Assembly: GCA_963841435.1 (NCBI GenBank)
Contig: CAWJCS010000006.1
Location: forward strand, 64,001-128,000
Reading direction: 5' to 3'
From: an uncultured delta proteobacterium
Lineage (GTDB): Bacteria > Myxococcota_A > Polyangia > Polyangiales > Polyangiaceae
DNA length: 64,000 nucleotides
In this document: piece after piece, positions 36,631 to 47,457 of the stretch
Layout: every line of letters starts with the position of its first letter
How positions within the stretch are numbered: the first letter of the stretch is position 1
The notes under the pieces: model-generated
The model's database searches: none
What the model was told of the DNA's origin: nothing
The model's input: the letters and a program-made list of their open reading frames with translations, nothing else
Made by a program: the position numbers and the translations under genes

Positions 36631-37896
36631 TCAGGGGCTCTTTGGGGGCGCGCCCGTGCCGAACCACCGCTTTTGCTCGGACTCGAGCGCCCGGAGCAGA
36701 ATCCCCTGAACGGCGAGCGGCTCGATGCGGTGCCGCTTTGCGAGCTCCTCGGTGAACGACGATTCGTTCTGACAGCGGACGAACAGGCGCGCCTCGGGCC
36801 AGCGGCGGCGCACGTGCAGGGCGCACTTCAGGTTCACGATGTCGTCGTTGCCCCCCACGATGATGACCGGCGGTGCTTCGAAGCCCTCGAGCCGGCCAGC
36901 GATACGATCCCACGTCTCGGGATCGGCGAGATCGCCGTTGACCGGTTCCGGTGTAGAGAGCGTACCGGCCACCTGGTCTCGGTATTTTCTGAGCGCGAGC
37001 TTCGCGTCGTGATCAATCACGAGCAGCCGCGCAATTTCACCGTGCGCCTGTCGGTCCAGAAACTCGAGGATGGTCTGCCCGAAACGGCCGAACCCTGCGA
37101 GCACCACGGGGTCGCGCGCGGCGGTGACCTTGAAATAGGCACGTAGGTGATCGTCGTAGAGGTGTCGTGCCGCCATGCGGTGGGCATTGAACACGAAGAC
37201 GCGCTCGCCGGCCTCAGCGTCGCGGATGTCTCTGACGGCGCGTCGCATGCCGATGTCGGAAACGTGCGCGACGACGCGCAGGCTCGGATGTTCCTTGGCG
37301 AGGCGAAACGCAACCTCGAGGTTCGTGAGGTCGTCGTCGGTCACGAGCGCCACGGCACGGGCCCGGGAGAGCCGCGCGCCATCGAGCGCGCGCTTGAGGT
37401 GCGCGTCACCCTGCAGCACGACGACGCGCTGATACTGGCGGGCGTGCGCCACCGGGGCCTGGGAGATGTCGCGATCCATCGCGAGAATGGGCGTGTGAGG
37501 CTCCCATTTCCGGAAGGCTGCAACGAACGTGGTCCCGAGGCGTCCGAGGCCGACCACGACGAGGTGTCGGTTCAGCCCCACGCGCTCGATGGCGCCGGAT
37601 CCGACGAGGCGGAGCGCGCCCTCGATCACGGCGCTCGTCGTGATGAGCGGCGCGGCGAAGTACGCCCCCCACAGCGTGGCGCGCTCGACGAGGGGGCCCC
37701 CGACCGGCATGCCGAGGTCGAGGCCGCCCATCACGAACAGGCCGGCCGCATAGTAGATCTGCGTCATCAGGTCCGCGCCCGCGAGATCGGTGCGGTTCGT
37801 CACCGCGACTCCTGCACGGAAAGCATGCAGGGCTAGGCCGAACACGCCGACGAGCAGCAGTCCTCGCACGAACCAGCCGATGCGCTGTCGATCCAT
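36631..37896 (-). CDS. Membrane protein with two RCK/TrkA-N domains (K+ channel-like)
   Basis: TM-pore-like-TM N-terminus, then HLVVVGLGRLG, GDA, TDDDLTNL, VLAGFGRFG and NDDIVNL. Confidence 0.82.
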   Translation of the reverse strand: MDRQRIGWFVRGLLLVGVFGLALHAFRAGVAVTNRTDLAGADLMTQIYYAAGLFVMGGLDLGMPVGGPLVERATLWGAYFAAPLITTSAVIEGALRLVGSGAIERVGLNRHLVVVGLGRLGTTFVAAFRKWEPHTPILAMDRDISQAPVAHARQYQRVVVLQGDAHLKRALDGARLSRARAVALVTDDDLTNLEVAFRLAKEHPSLRVVAHVSDIGMRRAVRDIRDAEAGERVFVFNAHRMAARHLYDDHLRAYFKVTAARDPVVLAGFGRFGQTILEFLDRQAHGEIARLLVIDHDAKLALRKYRDQVAGTLSTPEPVNGDLADPETWDRIAGRLEGFEAPPVIIVGGNDDIVNLKCALHVRRRWPEARLFVRCQNESSFTEELAKRHRIEPLAVQGILLRALESEQKRWFGTGAPPKSP

Positions 37897-37899
37897 GCC

Positions 37900-38673
37900 C
37901 TACGCCTGGTGCAAAAGTGGCCGTGCTTCGCGCCGCACGCGATAGTGATAGCCGTACGCCTCGCGAAAGCCCAGCCCGGCGTAGAGCGCGTGCGCTCTGG
38001 GGTTCTCGCGCTCGACCTGGAGGTAGAGGGTCCGGGCGCCTCCCTCGCGCGCGGCACGCGCGAGCGCAGCGACGACGCTTCGGCCGAGGCCTCGCCGCCG
38101 CGCGTGCTCGAGCGTCAGCATGCCGAAGATTCCGAAGAGATCGCCGTGCCGGACGCCGAGCCCGGCGGCGCACGCTTCGCCCTCGAGCGCAATGCTTGCG
38201 TACACGGCGTCCCGGCCGAGCCGGCGGAGCAATCCGAGGAACGCTTCGGGCACGCGCGCGTAGCGTCCCCGTTCGACGACGACGGCGAGAAAATCGCGCG
38301 AGGGCTCGCTCGCGAGGACGGCCTCGTGGGTCGCTTCGGAAGCGAGGGCCGAAGCGTCGGCGGTCTGGATCGAGACGGGCGCTTCGAGCACGTAGCCGCG
38401 CCGTTCGAGGTCCCGGTCGAGGTCGGGCGGCGAAAGCGGGCTCAGCGTGAGGTAGCTCGGCAGGTGACGCGCGGCGTAGAACGCCTCGACCTCGGCGATT
38501 CGTTTGCCGAGTGGGCGCGAGCCGGATGTTTCGGAGGTCCACGCGGAGTTCGCGCGCCGCGTCACGCCCTGCATGGCGCGCAAGACCCAGCCGCCGCGCG
38601 TCTCTGCCTCCGCCGCGGGCCACGCAACGAGCGCAGCCCGCTCGAGCCGGAGCACGTCCGCGGTCGGCGGCAT
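37900..38673 (-). CDS. GNAT family N-acetyltransferase
   Basis: AWPA, GWVLR, TRRANS, acetyl-CoA loop RRRGLG, LYLQV..EN and LYAGLGF. Confidence 0.92.
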   Translation of the reverse strand: MPPTADVLRLERAALVAWPAAEAETRGGWVLRAMQGVTRRANSAWTSETSGSRPLGKRIAEVEAFYAARHLPSYLTLSPLSPPDLDRDLERRGYVLEAPVSIQTADASALASEATHEAVLASEPSRDFLAVVVERGRYARVPEAFLGLLRRLGRDAVYASIALEGEACAAGLGVRHGDLFGIFGMLTLEHARRRGLGRSVVAALARAAREGGARTLYLQVERENPRAHALYAGLGFREAYGYHYRVRREARPLLHQA

Positions 38674-38932
38674 GCGCCCGAGCGTAGCAGACTGGTTGGC
38701 GACGTGATGGCGCTCACCGCGCGCGGCCGGCCTAACACTACTGTCAGAGTCTTGGAGGAACAGATCACGATCCGGCAGAGAGAACATGAGCCACGAAAGC
38801 AACTGGCGCGGCCAGCGGGCGGCCGTCTTCGAGCACGAAATGGACGCAAGACGTGGGCGCCGCCGTCCGAAAAGTTCGCCGCTCGCCAATCTGCGAATTT
38901 CTCGAAGGAAACGCGAATTTCTGACAGTAGTG

Positions 38933-40942
38933 CTAAGGCGTGACGAGCACCACCACCGTGCTCGTGTACGCGGTCGAGTCGGAGCCGGACACGGTGAAAG
39001 CAAAGGACGCAAGACCCTGGAAGCCTGCCGTGGGCTGGAATCGCGCCGTGTGGCCGTCGGGCTGGAGCGCGACGGTTCCACCTTGCGCGGAGGATGCCAG
39101 GTAGGTCGGCGACACGTTGGCAAAACCTGCGGCGTACGCCGAGAGATCGACGTCCACGGCGGCGCCGGCGGCGCTCGTGGCGTGCGGTCCGGCGAGCCAG
39201 TTCACGTAGTGCTCGACGAGTGTGTAGCCGTCGGTGGCCTTGGTCATGGCGTCGTCGGCGCTCGGGTTCGAGCCCGTCGCGAGCTCCCAGCTGTCGGGCA
39301 TGCCGTCGTTGTCGCCGTCCGTCGGCCGCGTGCCGCCGGTGATCGAGCCGTAGCCGCTGTTCGGTAGGCCCGTCTGCGACTGGCTCGTGTAGAGGCCTCC
39401 GCCGGGGCCGGCGGTGTTCGCGCCCGTGCCGGTCGTGCCCTTGCCGAGGGTCATCACCTGGCTGATGATCAGGGCGTCAACGGCGTCACGGGGCAGGGGG
39501 CCCGCGAGCGAGATGGCGACGCGAGCGCCCGAGGCGGTGCCGAGCGGCGTGGTCCTCGTCGTCTCGGCGGACCACGCGCTCGAGAGCAGCGTGCCCTCGC
39601 CCTGGTACCAGTACGGCGTCGTCGCCGAGCCGTCGAGCGTACCGTTGAGGTTCGTGTCTTTGAGGTTGCCCGCGTAGTAAATCGACTGGTTCTTGTCAAC
39701 CTGGTACCACGTGTTGTCGGTCCCGGTGGAGGCGGGGCCCATGACGAAATAGTTGTTGAGCACGTCGTGCTTGAAGCTCGTGCTCGTGTGGGTCGTGTAG
39801 CCCGCTTCGTAGTTGTAGAGCACGTTGTTGACGAACACCGTGTTGATCTTCGCGAGGGGATTGCGGTTGTGCGAGTTCGCGAAGACGTTTCTGTACCAGG
39901 CCATCTGGCTCGACACCGACTCGGTGTGGGCCCCGAACTGCTGCCCCGTCGGGTCGGCAATCAGCGAATCCTGAAAGGTGACATCCGTCACCGGGTGGGC
40001 CTGCCAGTCGTCGCTGACGGCGTCGATGTTGTTCCACGGGCCGAATTCGAAGGACGAGTGGTCGATCATCACGTTCTGTGCGCGGTACAGGCTGAGCGCG
40101 TCATCCGTGTCGCTCGCCGTTTCGCTGCCGGGACGGATGCGGAGGTAGCGGCAAATGATGTTCGAGGAATTGGCGAAAGAAATTTCGCCGCCTCGAAAGC
40201 CAATTCCTTCCCCCGGCGCCGTCTGGCCTGCGATCGTGATGTTGCTCTTGACGGACACCGCCGTGACGAGCTGCACGTAGCCCCCGACGTCGAACACGAC
40301 GAAGCGGTTCGAGCTGCTCACGGCGTCGCGGAACGAGCCCGCCCCCGAGTCGTTGAGGTTCGTAACGTGGTAGACGCTGCCGTCGCGCGCACCCGTGGCG
40401 TTTCGGCCGAAGCCCTGCGCACCGGGGAACGCGAGCGGGGGCCCGGCGGGGCCGCCGCCTACGCCGGCGCTACCCGACGACCCGCCGGTGCCCGCGCTAC
40501 CCGATGACCCGGCGGCGCCCGCGGTGCCGCCTTGTCCCGCGCCGCTCGTCCCTCCGTCGCCGGCGGAGGCAGCGGTTCCAGCCGCGCCACCTTCGCTGTC
40601 GCCCGCCGTCCCGCTGCCGCCCGTCCCGTCGCCGCCGCTGCCGCCCGCGGCGCTCGAGCCCGAATCGCCGCCGCTGCCGCTCGTTGCGCCCGAGCCACTG
40701 CTGCCGCCCGTTGCCGCGCCGCCAGTACCGGTGGCGCCGCTCCCGCCGCCCGTCCCTGCGCCCGCGGCACCGCTCCCGCTCGCACCGCTGCCCGAGGCGC
40801 CGCCCTGTCCGGAAAACGTCCCGCCGCTCCCGCCACTTTCGTTCGACGGAGCGCCAGTGCTCTCGCCGCCGCCCGAGCAGCCGGCGGCAAGCACGAGAAC
40901 GGACGGAAGCAATGCGGAGGCTAGCGAGCGAGTTGGCGGCAT
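38933..40942 (-). CDS. Lipoprotein pectate lyase (PL1) with Gly linker and C-terminal Ca-binding/Ig-like tail
   Basis: Lipobox AAGC. Motifs AFPGAQGFG, VYHVTNLNDSGAGSFRDA, TIAGQTAPG, IDHSS, RNP and DGDNDGMPDSWE. Confidence 0.9.
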   Translation of the reverse strand: MPPTRSLASALLPSVLVLAAGCSGGGESTGAPSNESGGSGGTFSGQGGASGSGASGSGAAGAGTGGGSGATGTGGAATGGSSGSGATSGSGGDSGSSAAGGSGGDGTGGSGTAGDSEGGAAGTAASAGDGGTSGAGQGGTAGAAGSSGSAGTGGSSGSAGVGGGPAGPPLAFPGAQGFGRNATGARDGSVYHVTNLNDSGAGSFRDAVSSSNRFVVFDVGGYVQLVTAVSVKSNITIAGQTAPGEGIGFRGGEISFANSSNIICRYLRIRPGSETASDTDDALSLYRAQNVMIDHSSFEFGPWNNIDAVSDDWQAHPVTDVTFQDSLIADPTGQQFGAHTESVSSQMAWYRNVFANSHNRNPLAKINTVFVNNVLYNYEAGYTTHTSTSFKHDVLNNYFVMGPASTGTDNTWYQVDKNQSIYYAGNLKDTNLNGTLDGSATTPYWYQGEGTLLSSAWSAETTRTTPLGTASGARVAISLAGPLPRDAVDALIISQVMTLGKGTTGTGANTAGPGGGLYTSQSQTGLPNSGYGSITGGTRPTDGDNDGMPDSWELATGSNPSADDAMTKATDGYTLVEHYVNWLAGPHATSAAGAAVDVDLSAYAAGFANVSPTYLASSAQGGTVALQPDGHTARFQPTAGFQGLASFAFTVSGSDSTAYTSTVVVLVTP

Positions 40943-41194
40943 CGGGGCTCGAGCGAGTGAGGGAACGACACGTTCCTACTGAGTTTACTGGTTGCGACCC
41001 GCGTACGAAATCCGTCACTGAAATGCGCCGGAGGCCGCGGTGCTCGGGTTTTTGGGTGCCGGGGGCGGCACGCCCCCGAGGGCAGAGCTAGTGCTGCGCT
41101 GCGAAGCAGAGGCGCGGGCGAAGGGCCCCCAGAACCAGCGAAGCTGGTCGAGGGATGTGCTCTAGTGTTGGGACCGTGGTCATGCCCGGACCTC

Positions 41195-41771
41195 TCAGCT
41201 CGCGCAAGGTGGCAGGGTGCAGACCCGGGGCCCGCCGTTTCTTTGCACGCAGTCGAGCCCAGAGCTGCAGTCGACGTTCACCGTGCACTCGTCAGCGCTC
41301 GACTGGCACGAGAATCCCACGGGTGAGAGGCAGCCCGACGTGTACACCACGCACAGCCTGCCGCCGCCGCAATCGGAGTCCGTCACGCAACTAGCCGGGC
41401 CGCTGCACGTGCCGCGATCCTCGCCGCACAGGCAGAGCGTCCCCGCCTCGCAGTCCGAGTCAACGGTACACGCGTAGTGACAGAGGTTGGGGAACGCGGC
41501 GACACCGTATTGGACGAATCCTCGCGTGCAGTACCCGAGTGGCTTCTCGTTACAGTCGAGGTCCGAAAAGCACTCGTCCCCGTCGGGCATCGTCGACGGC
41601 TCGAAGGTCTGGCCGCCCTTGACGTAGGCCGGACATGTTCCCACCGAAGGCCGATGCACGACCCCGTTGTCGCAGCGCTCGAAGCCGCCGCCAGGCGCAA
41701 TCTCGTGTGGATTGTCGCAGGGGGTCGGCGACGGCGAGGCTCAGCAACGGCGTCGAGATCCTGCGGTTCAC
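41195..41771 (-). CDS. Cys-rich exported protein; the N-terminal signal is out of frame (break near 41730)
   Basis: CxxDxDC repeats (CFSDLDC, CTVDSDC, CVTDSDC, CTVNVDC). The frame is open only to TGA at about 41742, and the signal-like VNRRISTPLLSLAVA lies in another frame. Confidence 0.65.
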
Positions 41772-41786
41772 GACGGCGTTGCTCAC

Positions 41787-41801
41787 GCAAGCGTCATGCC
41801 G
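41787..41801 (-). promoter_or_regulatory. Sigma54 promoter candidate
   Basis: The minus strand reads CGGCATGACGCTTGC (GG-N10-GC, with TTGC) just upstream of GTG 41771. Confidence 0.55.
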
Positions 41802-41943
41802 ATCGCCATGTAGGCGTTTTCTCGCGCGTGTCGGCGTGCTCGCCGGCACAAGCTGGCACAAGTGCATCCCACCCGACGACGGGCATGCCCTGCGCCGGCT
41901 CTCGTCACGCCTTGCCGGGAGGCCCAGAGCGTCGCCGCGGGGC

Positions 41944-42435
41944 TCAGCCCGCGTGCACCGCGGGCGGGTGTCGTTCGGGCGGACGAAGCTCCGCGCGCAT
42001 CATGTCGACGAAGAGGCTCGCGAGGTGGCGTCGGGTGTCCGAAGGCACCGCGTCGTCGAGCCAGCGGTCGAGGGTCGCGTCTTCCCGGGCAGCGTGCTCG
42101 GTGAGAAGCGTTGCAAACTCCGAGAGCGTGAGCTTCGTTAGCGTGTGGAGATCGCAGCCAAGGCCGATCTCCATGGCGAGGTGGCGGAGGCGCCCGTGAT
42201 CGGCGCAGAGCTCGTGCACCTCGTCCGGATGGATTCGCTCCACCAGAGGGAAGAGCGACTGTTCTTCGAGCTCCAGATGTCGAAACAACCGGCGCTCGAA
42301 CGCCGTCCACACGGCCTGCAGCCGTCGGGGATCAGCGTCGTCCGTGGCTGCCAGCGCCCGGCGCAGCGCATCATCGAGCGCTGCGTGCTCCTGCCGGTGC
42401 TGGCGGCGAATTTCCTTTAGCAGCACAGTGGTCAT
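41944..42435 (-). CDS. Hemerythrin-like (HHE) domain protein
   Basis: EHAALD, RHLELEEQSLFP, DHGRL and EHAARED. Confidence 0.85.
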   Translation of the reverse strand: MTTVLLKEIRRQHRQEHAALDDALRRALAATDDADPRRLQAVWTAFERRLFRHLELEEQSLFPLVERIHPDEVHELCADHGRLRHLAMEIGLGCDLHTLTKLTLSEFATLLTEHAAREDATLDRWLDDAVPSDTRRHLASLFVDMMRAELRPPERHPPAVHAG

Positions 42436-42682
42436 GTCACATTGGGGCAGCAAGAAGCGCGCCCGCTCGGAGCGTGGCGTGGCGCAAAGGGGATGGGCCA
42501 CGAGGGCGGCGAAAAGGTGCAACGAAAACGCGGGCTCGAGCGCCCACGCCCCTGGGGCAGCGTCTCGTACGCTCGGCCCGGGCGACGCAAGGTTAGCGTC
42601 CACGCCGAAGGGGCCCGCGGTATTTGCGCCGTGGCCGCGAAAGGCTCGTGCGGGGCGTCGGCGAGGTGACCCTCGCGCCGTC

Positions 42683-44182
42683 TCAGAGCTTGCCGACTCC
42701 CGCGGACGCGGGAACGACGGTCTTCACGTCGGCGGTATCCGTGAGCGCGCTCGAATAGGAGTAGGGGATGTCGGCCGTGCAGTTCGAAGGATAAGCGCGC
42801 GAGGCGTGGCTCACCTCGATGTTGTCGATCCGCTCGGTGCTGCCGGGCGCATCCGTGGGCGAGTAGATCGAGTAGTGGAGCGTCTCGTAGTAGTTCTTTT
42901 CCACCCGCACGCAGGTGCCCGCCCGGATCTCCGTGGCGTCCGTCGCCTCCACCACGTAGTTGTTGAAGAAGTGCCCGACGGCGCCTCGGTACATCGGGAT
43001 GCGTAGCTTCACGTTTTCGTAATAGTTGTGGTGAAGCGTGATCTTCCGGTCATCGTAGAGGTCGGTATCCGACGAGCCGACCAGGCCGGCCTTGTGGTGG
43101 TCGTGCAGGTAACACCAGGAAATGGTGATGAAGCCCGTCTGGTTTTTGATGTCGATGAGCCCGTCGTAAAGATCGTGGTTCGTCTGGACGTTCGGGTCCT
43201 CCGAAAAGAGCTCGCAGTGATCGATCCAGATGTTCTTGCTCGTGCCGCTGATGGAGATGGCGTCTCCGCCGTTGACCAGGATTTGCGGCAAGCCTTCGTC
43301 ACCCGTCGAGGAGTACACGCCGCTCTTGTCCGTGCGCGTCGTCACGCCCGTCATCGAGACGCGTAGATTCTGGATGATGATGTTGTTGGCACCGTTGATG
43401 TCGAGCCCGACGCCGAAGAGAAACCCGGTGCTACCAACGCCGATGAGCGACTTGTTCGACTCGACGCTGATCTTCCCCCCGTCAGGTCCGTTCGAGATCG
43501 TCCCGTCAACCATGATGACGTACGCGGTCGAGCTTTCCGCGTAAGACTTCAACTCCGCGTACGTCGAGGCCGTCACGACCTGACCCGCCTTGCCGCCCGT
43601 CGTTCCGCCGTTGAGCGTCGCGAACCCGATGGGCCCCGCGCTCGACGTACCGCCGCCCGTGCCCGCCGCGCCGGCGCCGGATGCGCCGGATGAGCCGCCT
43701 CCACCCGCTCCGGCGCCGCCCGCTCCGCTCCCTGCCGTGCCGCTCCCGCCCATCCCCGCGCCGCCCATGGCGGCGCCCGCGGTTCCCGACGACCCTGCCT
43801 GCGCGCCTCCCACGCCCGCTCCGCCGGCGCCAGCGTCGCTCCCTGCCGTGCCGGTCCCTCCCGCTCCGGTTCCCGCCGTCGTGCCTCCCGCTCCGCTGCC
43901 TCCGGCGCCGCCGTTCGCTCCCGAAGCGCCGACGCCTGCCGAGCCGCCCGAAGGATTGCCGCCCGTACCGGCTCCCGTCGCGGCGGCGCCACCTGAAGCC
44001 GCTCCTGCCGTCCCGGCGGATGCGCCACCTGCGGCCGCGCCCCCGATGGAGGTCGTGCCACCGCTCGCTGTGGCGCCACCCGATCCGGCGCCGCCCGGCG
44101 TCCCGGCGTCGGAGCATGCGGCGAGCAACACGCCGAGCGCTGCCAGCGAGGGGCGAAGGAGATGGACGGCTCGGGGACTCAC
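42683..44182 (-). CDS. Lipoprotein pectate lyase (PL1) with Gly linker
   Basis: Lipobox LAAC. Motifs GFATLNGGTTGG, SNKSLIG, NIIIQNL, GDAISI, IWIDHC, DGLID, ITLHHNY, RIP and HFFNN. Confidence 0.93.
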   Translation of the reverse strand: MSPRAVHLLRPSLAALGVLLAACSDAGTPGGAGSGGATASGGTTSIGGAAAGGASAGTAGAASGGAAATGAGTGGNPSGGSAGVGASGANGGAGGSGAGGTTAGTGAGGTGTAGSDAGAGGAGVGGAQAGSSGTAGAAMGGAGMGGSGTAGSGAGGAGAGGGGSSGASGAGAAGTGGGTSSAGPIGFATLNGGTTGGKAGQVVTASTYAELKSYAESSTAYVIMVDGTISNGPDGGKISVESNKSLIGVGSTGFLFGVGLDINGANNIIIQNLRVSMTGVTTRTDKSGVYSSTGDEGLPQILVNGGDAISISGTSKNIWIDHCELFSEDPNVQTNHDLYDGLIDIKNQTGFITISWCYLHDHHKAGLVGSSDTDLYDDRKITLHHNYYENVKLRIPMYRGAVGHFFNNYVVEATDATEIRAGTCVRVEKNYYETLHYSIYSPTDAPGSTERIDNIEVSHASRAYPSNCTADIPYSYSSALTDTADVKTVVPASAGVGKL

Positions 44183-44257
44183 GGCATCCTTATGTTGTTC
44201 CTCCTTGCCGATTCCGCTCAACATTGTGGGCTCGCCACCCTTTTCCGGCGGAGGACT

Positions 44258-44638
44258 CTAGCCGTCCGCGCCGTGCGGCGCGTCCTTCGGAGGGGGATGC
44301 ATCTCCGTCACCTGGATGAGCTCGACGGACCCGTCGCCCATGAACTCGAGGGTCCGCCTGGCGCGGGCGATGGCTTCCTCCTTCGAGGCGACGTCGATCA
44401 ATGAGTAACCGCCCGCGGCCATCCAGCCCTCGCCCGCCGGCGGATCCTCCACGGTGACGTCTCCGCCCTTCGACGTGACTCGAGCGGCCGCGGTGGCCCG
44501 CTGTCCCAGCCCGCCAGTGGCGACCAGTCGACCCGACGCGATGTCCTCGCTGATCACCTGCCGCACCCGTGCGGCATGGTTCGGGTCGCGTGGGCGTGGT
44601 CGCTCGCCGGTGCTCATCACGATCAACAAAAAGCGCAT
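44258..44638 (-). CDS. YciI/DGPF-like protein
   Basis: MRFLL, GRLVATGGL, VTVEDPP, GGYSLIDVASKEEAI. Confidence 0.85.
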   Translation of the reverse strand: MRFLLIVMSTGERPRPRDPNHAARVRQVISEDIASGRLVATGGLGQRATAAARVTSKGGDVTVEDPPAGEGWMAAGGYSLIDVASKEEAIARARRTLEFMGDGSVELIQVTEMHPPPKDAPHGADG

Positions 44639-44892
44639 TCGGTCGCTGCTCCCTCGTTCGCTGGCTCATAAAGGAGGATTCACGCGAGTGCAAACGGAGC
44701 GAAGCGCGCCATCGAAGCGATGCATGTCGGTCGCACGAGTGAAGCGCGCTACTGGAACCGCTCCCGTGTCGCTCGGCGGTCCGCTGCGAAGTCGAGCCCG
44801 TGTCGTAGGCACGCTACTCTCGGGTGCGGCGGATCGGTATTCGACGAAATGCGTTCTTGTGGGACATGAGATGATTTGGTAACTGCGGTTGC

Positions 44893-45753
44893 ATGCGCAT
44901 GCGGCTCGTTGAGCTTGCGTTCGTCGCTGCCGTCGCGAGCGTCGCAGCGAACGCCCAGGCGCTGCCCGGCGACGACGACCTTGCGCTGGCCACGTTGTCT
45001 GCGCCTCCTGTGAGCGCGGCGTCACCGAGGGAAGACAGCGCGCGCGATGCGACAAGCGTGCACCGCGACGTTCGAGGGGAAGTTCCGATATTTGCCTACA
45101 CTTACGCCGCGCGGGGCGCGCCGGCGCGTTCCGTCGGGGCACAGGGCTACGGTCTCGGGCTCGCGGCAACCGGGCAAGACGTCGTTCTAGGTGGCGGTGC
45201 CATGATCTGGTGGGCGCCGATCGAACGGCTGACGCTGACGCTCGACGCGCCACGCAACGCGTGGGGAAGATTTTCGCCCTCCGCTGCGGGGGCCTTCCGC
45301 GTCCTCGGTGGCCGTGACCCTGTCGCGCTCGCCCTGCTCGGAAAATTCAAGGTCGAAGGTTTCGCGGAGGGGCCCGACCATGACGAGGTCGAGAGCGAGG
45401 TCGAGGTCGGTGCGCTGTTCGGCTTCGCGCGCTCGGGCTGGCACCTCGATGCGAATGCAATCGCGGGGTTCGGAACGGGTGAGGAGGGTGAAAAGGACGT
45501 GGAGGCGCGCCTTCGCTTGGCTCGCGACCTCGGACGTCTCGTAGCGCTCGGAGTCGATGGTCAGGCGCGCCTCAGGGTCGGCGGGCCCCGCACCCTGCCG
45601 AACGGCCGCACCTGGGACGCCGCGGCGGGGACGCAGGTCGTCGTCGGGACGAGCGGACTTTTTGGGTCTTTTACCGCTGGTCCCGCGACGCAAGGGCTCG
45701 TAAGCACGTCGGTTGGCATGCTGGCGATGCTTGCAGTCGGTGGCACGACGTAG
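44893..45753 (+). CDS. Hypothetical exported protein, probably an outer-membrane beta-barrel
   Basis: Signal ending AQA, followed by alternating beta-strand segments. Confidence 0.65.
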   Translation: MRMRLVELAFVAAVASVAANAQALPGDDDLALATLSAPPVSAASPREDSARDATSVHRDVRGEVPIFAYTYAARGAPARSVGAQGYGLGLAATGQDVVLGGGAMIWWAPIERLTLTLDAPRNAWGRFSPSAAGAFRVLGGRDPVALALLGKFKVEGFAEGPDHDEVESEVEVGALFGFARSGWHLDANAIAGFGTGEEGEKDVEARLRLARDLGRLVALGVDGQARLRVGGPRTLPNGRTWDAAAGTQVVVGTSGLFGSFTAGPATQGLVSTSVGMLAMLAVGGTT

Positions 45754-45818
45754 CGCCGGCGACGCCCTCGGAGCATTAGTTGATCCATTCATCGCTGATC
45801 GCGTCCCAGAGATTGTGC

Positions 45819-47433
45819 ATGGTTTTGCGCCCCTCCTCTCCATGGCTTGCCTTGCTCGCAAGCGCGGCGCTTTCGGGTGCGCTCATGGCCTGTGGAGATA
45901 GCGCCACCAACACCGTTGCGTCGGCAGGCGTCGGCGGCGCGACGAACGTGGGTGGCAACGGTGCAGGCGGGGCGGGTACGAGCGGCACGAGCGGCGCGAG
46001 CGCCGCGGGTGCAGCGGCGCAGGGTGGGTCGGGCGCCGGTGGCGGGACGAACGGCGGCGCGAGCGGAACGGGTGGAGCGGCGGCCGCGGGTGCGGGTGGC
46101 GCCGCTGGTGCCGCGGCATCGTCGGGCGCCGCAGGGACCAACGAAGCGGGCGGCGCGGGTGCGATGGCGGGCGCGGCGGGGTCTGCCGGGGCGGGCGGTG
46201 ACGCGGCCGGCGCTGGCATGGGCGGCGCCTCGGCGGGGGCGAGCGGCAGCGCCGGCGCTGGGGGAATGGCGGGTGCTGCCGGTGCGGGCATGCCGGCCGA
46301 TCCCGTCTTCACGACGAACATTCGCCTCAACGACGACAACGGTCGCGCGCGGCAGGCCGAGGTCGCGATGGCCGCGGGGCCCGACGGCCTCGTCATGGCA
46401 GGGTGGATGGACGAGCGCGCGGAGCGCGTCTGCGCGTTCACGGTCTCGACGGACCGGGGGGACAGCTGGAGCACGAACGTCTCGATCGCCGTCACGCAGG
46501 GCGGCTTCGTCGGCGACCCCGCGGTGGGCATCGACGGAGGCGGCACGCTGTACGCCGGGTGTCAGGACTACGGGCAGAACCAGATCAAGCTCATGACGTC
46601 GTCCGACAAGGGCATGAACTGGTCCACGCCTCGCCTGATTCAGGACGCCCCCGACAAGCCGTGGCTCGGTGGCGGCGTCGCCGACGGCATCGTGTTCGTG
46701 TCGTGGCTCGGACAGAACGCGGGCATCAAGCGCTCTCGCGATCACGGTGCGACGTGGGATCCCATCGAGCCGCTCGGCAACATCATCCACGGCACGGCCA
46801 TCGTGGCGTCAACGTCGGGCCTCGTGCACGTCCCCTACAACCTCGATTCGGCGCGCAATCAGCTGCGGTACGTGCGCAGCAAGGACGGCGGCGACAGCTA
46901 CGAGGCGCCGCGCGACCTCGTTTCGAACATGGGCACCTTCGGCTTCAACGCCATGCCCCGCCAGCACCCGATCGTCGGCGCGGCGTCGGACCCCACGGGC
47001 CGCGTCGTCGCGATCACCTGGTCGAGCCAAATGCCCGGCGGCCAAGCGCAGGAAGACGTTCTGGTTGCTCTACTCGGACGACGGCGGCGACACCTGGACG
47101 CAGCCCATCCGCGTCAACGACAACACACAGGTCTCGCGCCAGTTCCAGCCGTGGGTCGCGATCGACGCGCACGAGCGCGTGCACGTCGCGTGGACGGATC
47201 TGCGCGACGACGGCCTGAACAAGACGTACTACGCACGCTCCGCTGATCCCCGGCAGGGCTTCGAGCCGAGCATCGAGGTGACGGACGAGCGCGGAACCGC
47301 GCAGACCGACTTTCTCGGCGACTACAAGGGCATCGTCATTTCCGGTCCCGACGTGCTGATCGTCTGGAACGATACGCGGCGCGACAGCAGTGACATCTAT
47401 TTCTCGAAGGCACCGGGCGCGGCGGGGCCGTAG
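45819..47433 (+). CDS. Lipoprotein with Gly linker and BNR/Asp-box (sialidase-like) propeller; +1 frameshift at about 47059
   Basis: Lipobox LMAC. Asp-boxes STDRGDSW, SSDKGMNW, SRDHGATW and SKDGGDSY, then YSDDGGDTW and FLGDY in the second frame. Confidence 0.85.
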
Positions 47434-47457
47434 TCGTCTCGGGTCGCTTTTAGGACG

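Noticed and set aside
41195-41771. Cys-rich ORFs as RiPP precursors or multiheme cytochromes
   Set aside because: No CxxCH motifs and no modifying enzymes nearby; the pattern matches myxobacterial disulfide repeats.
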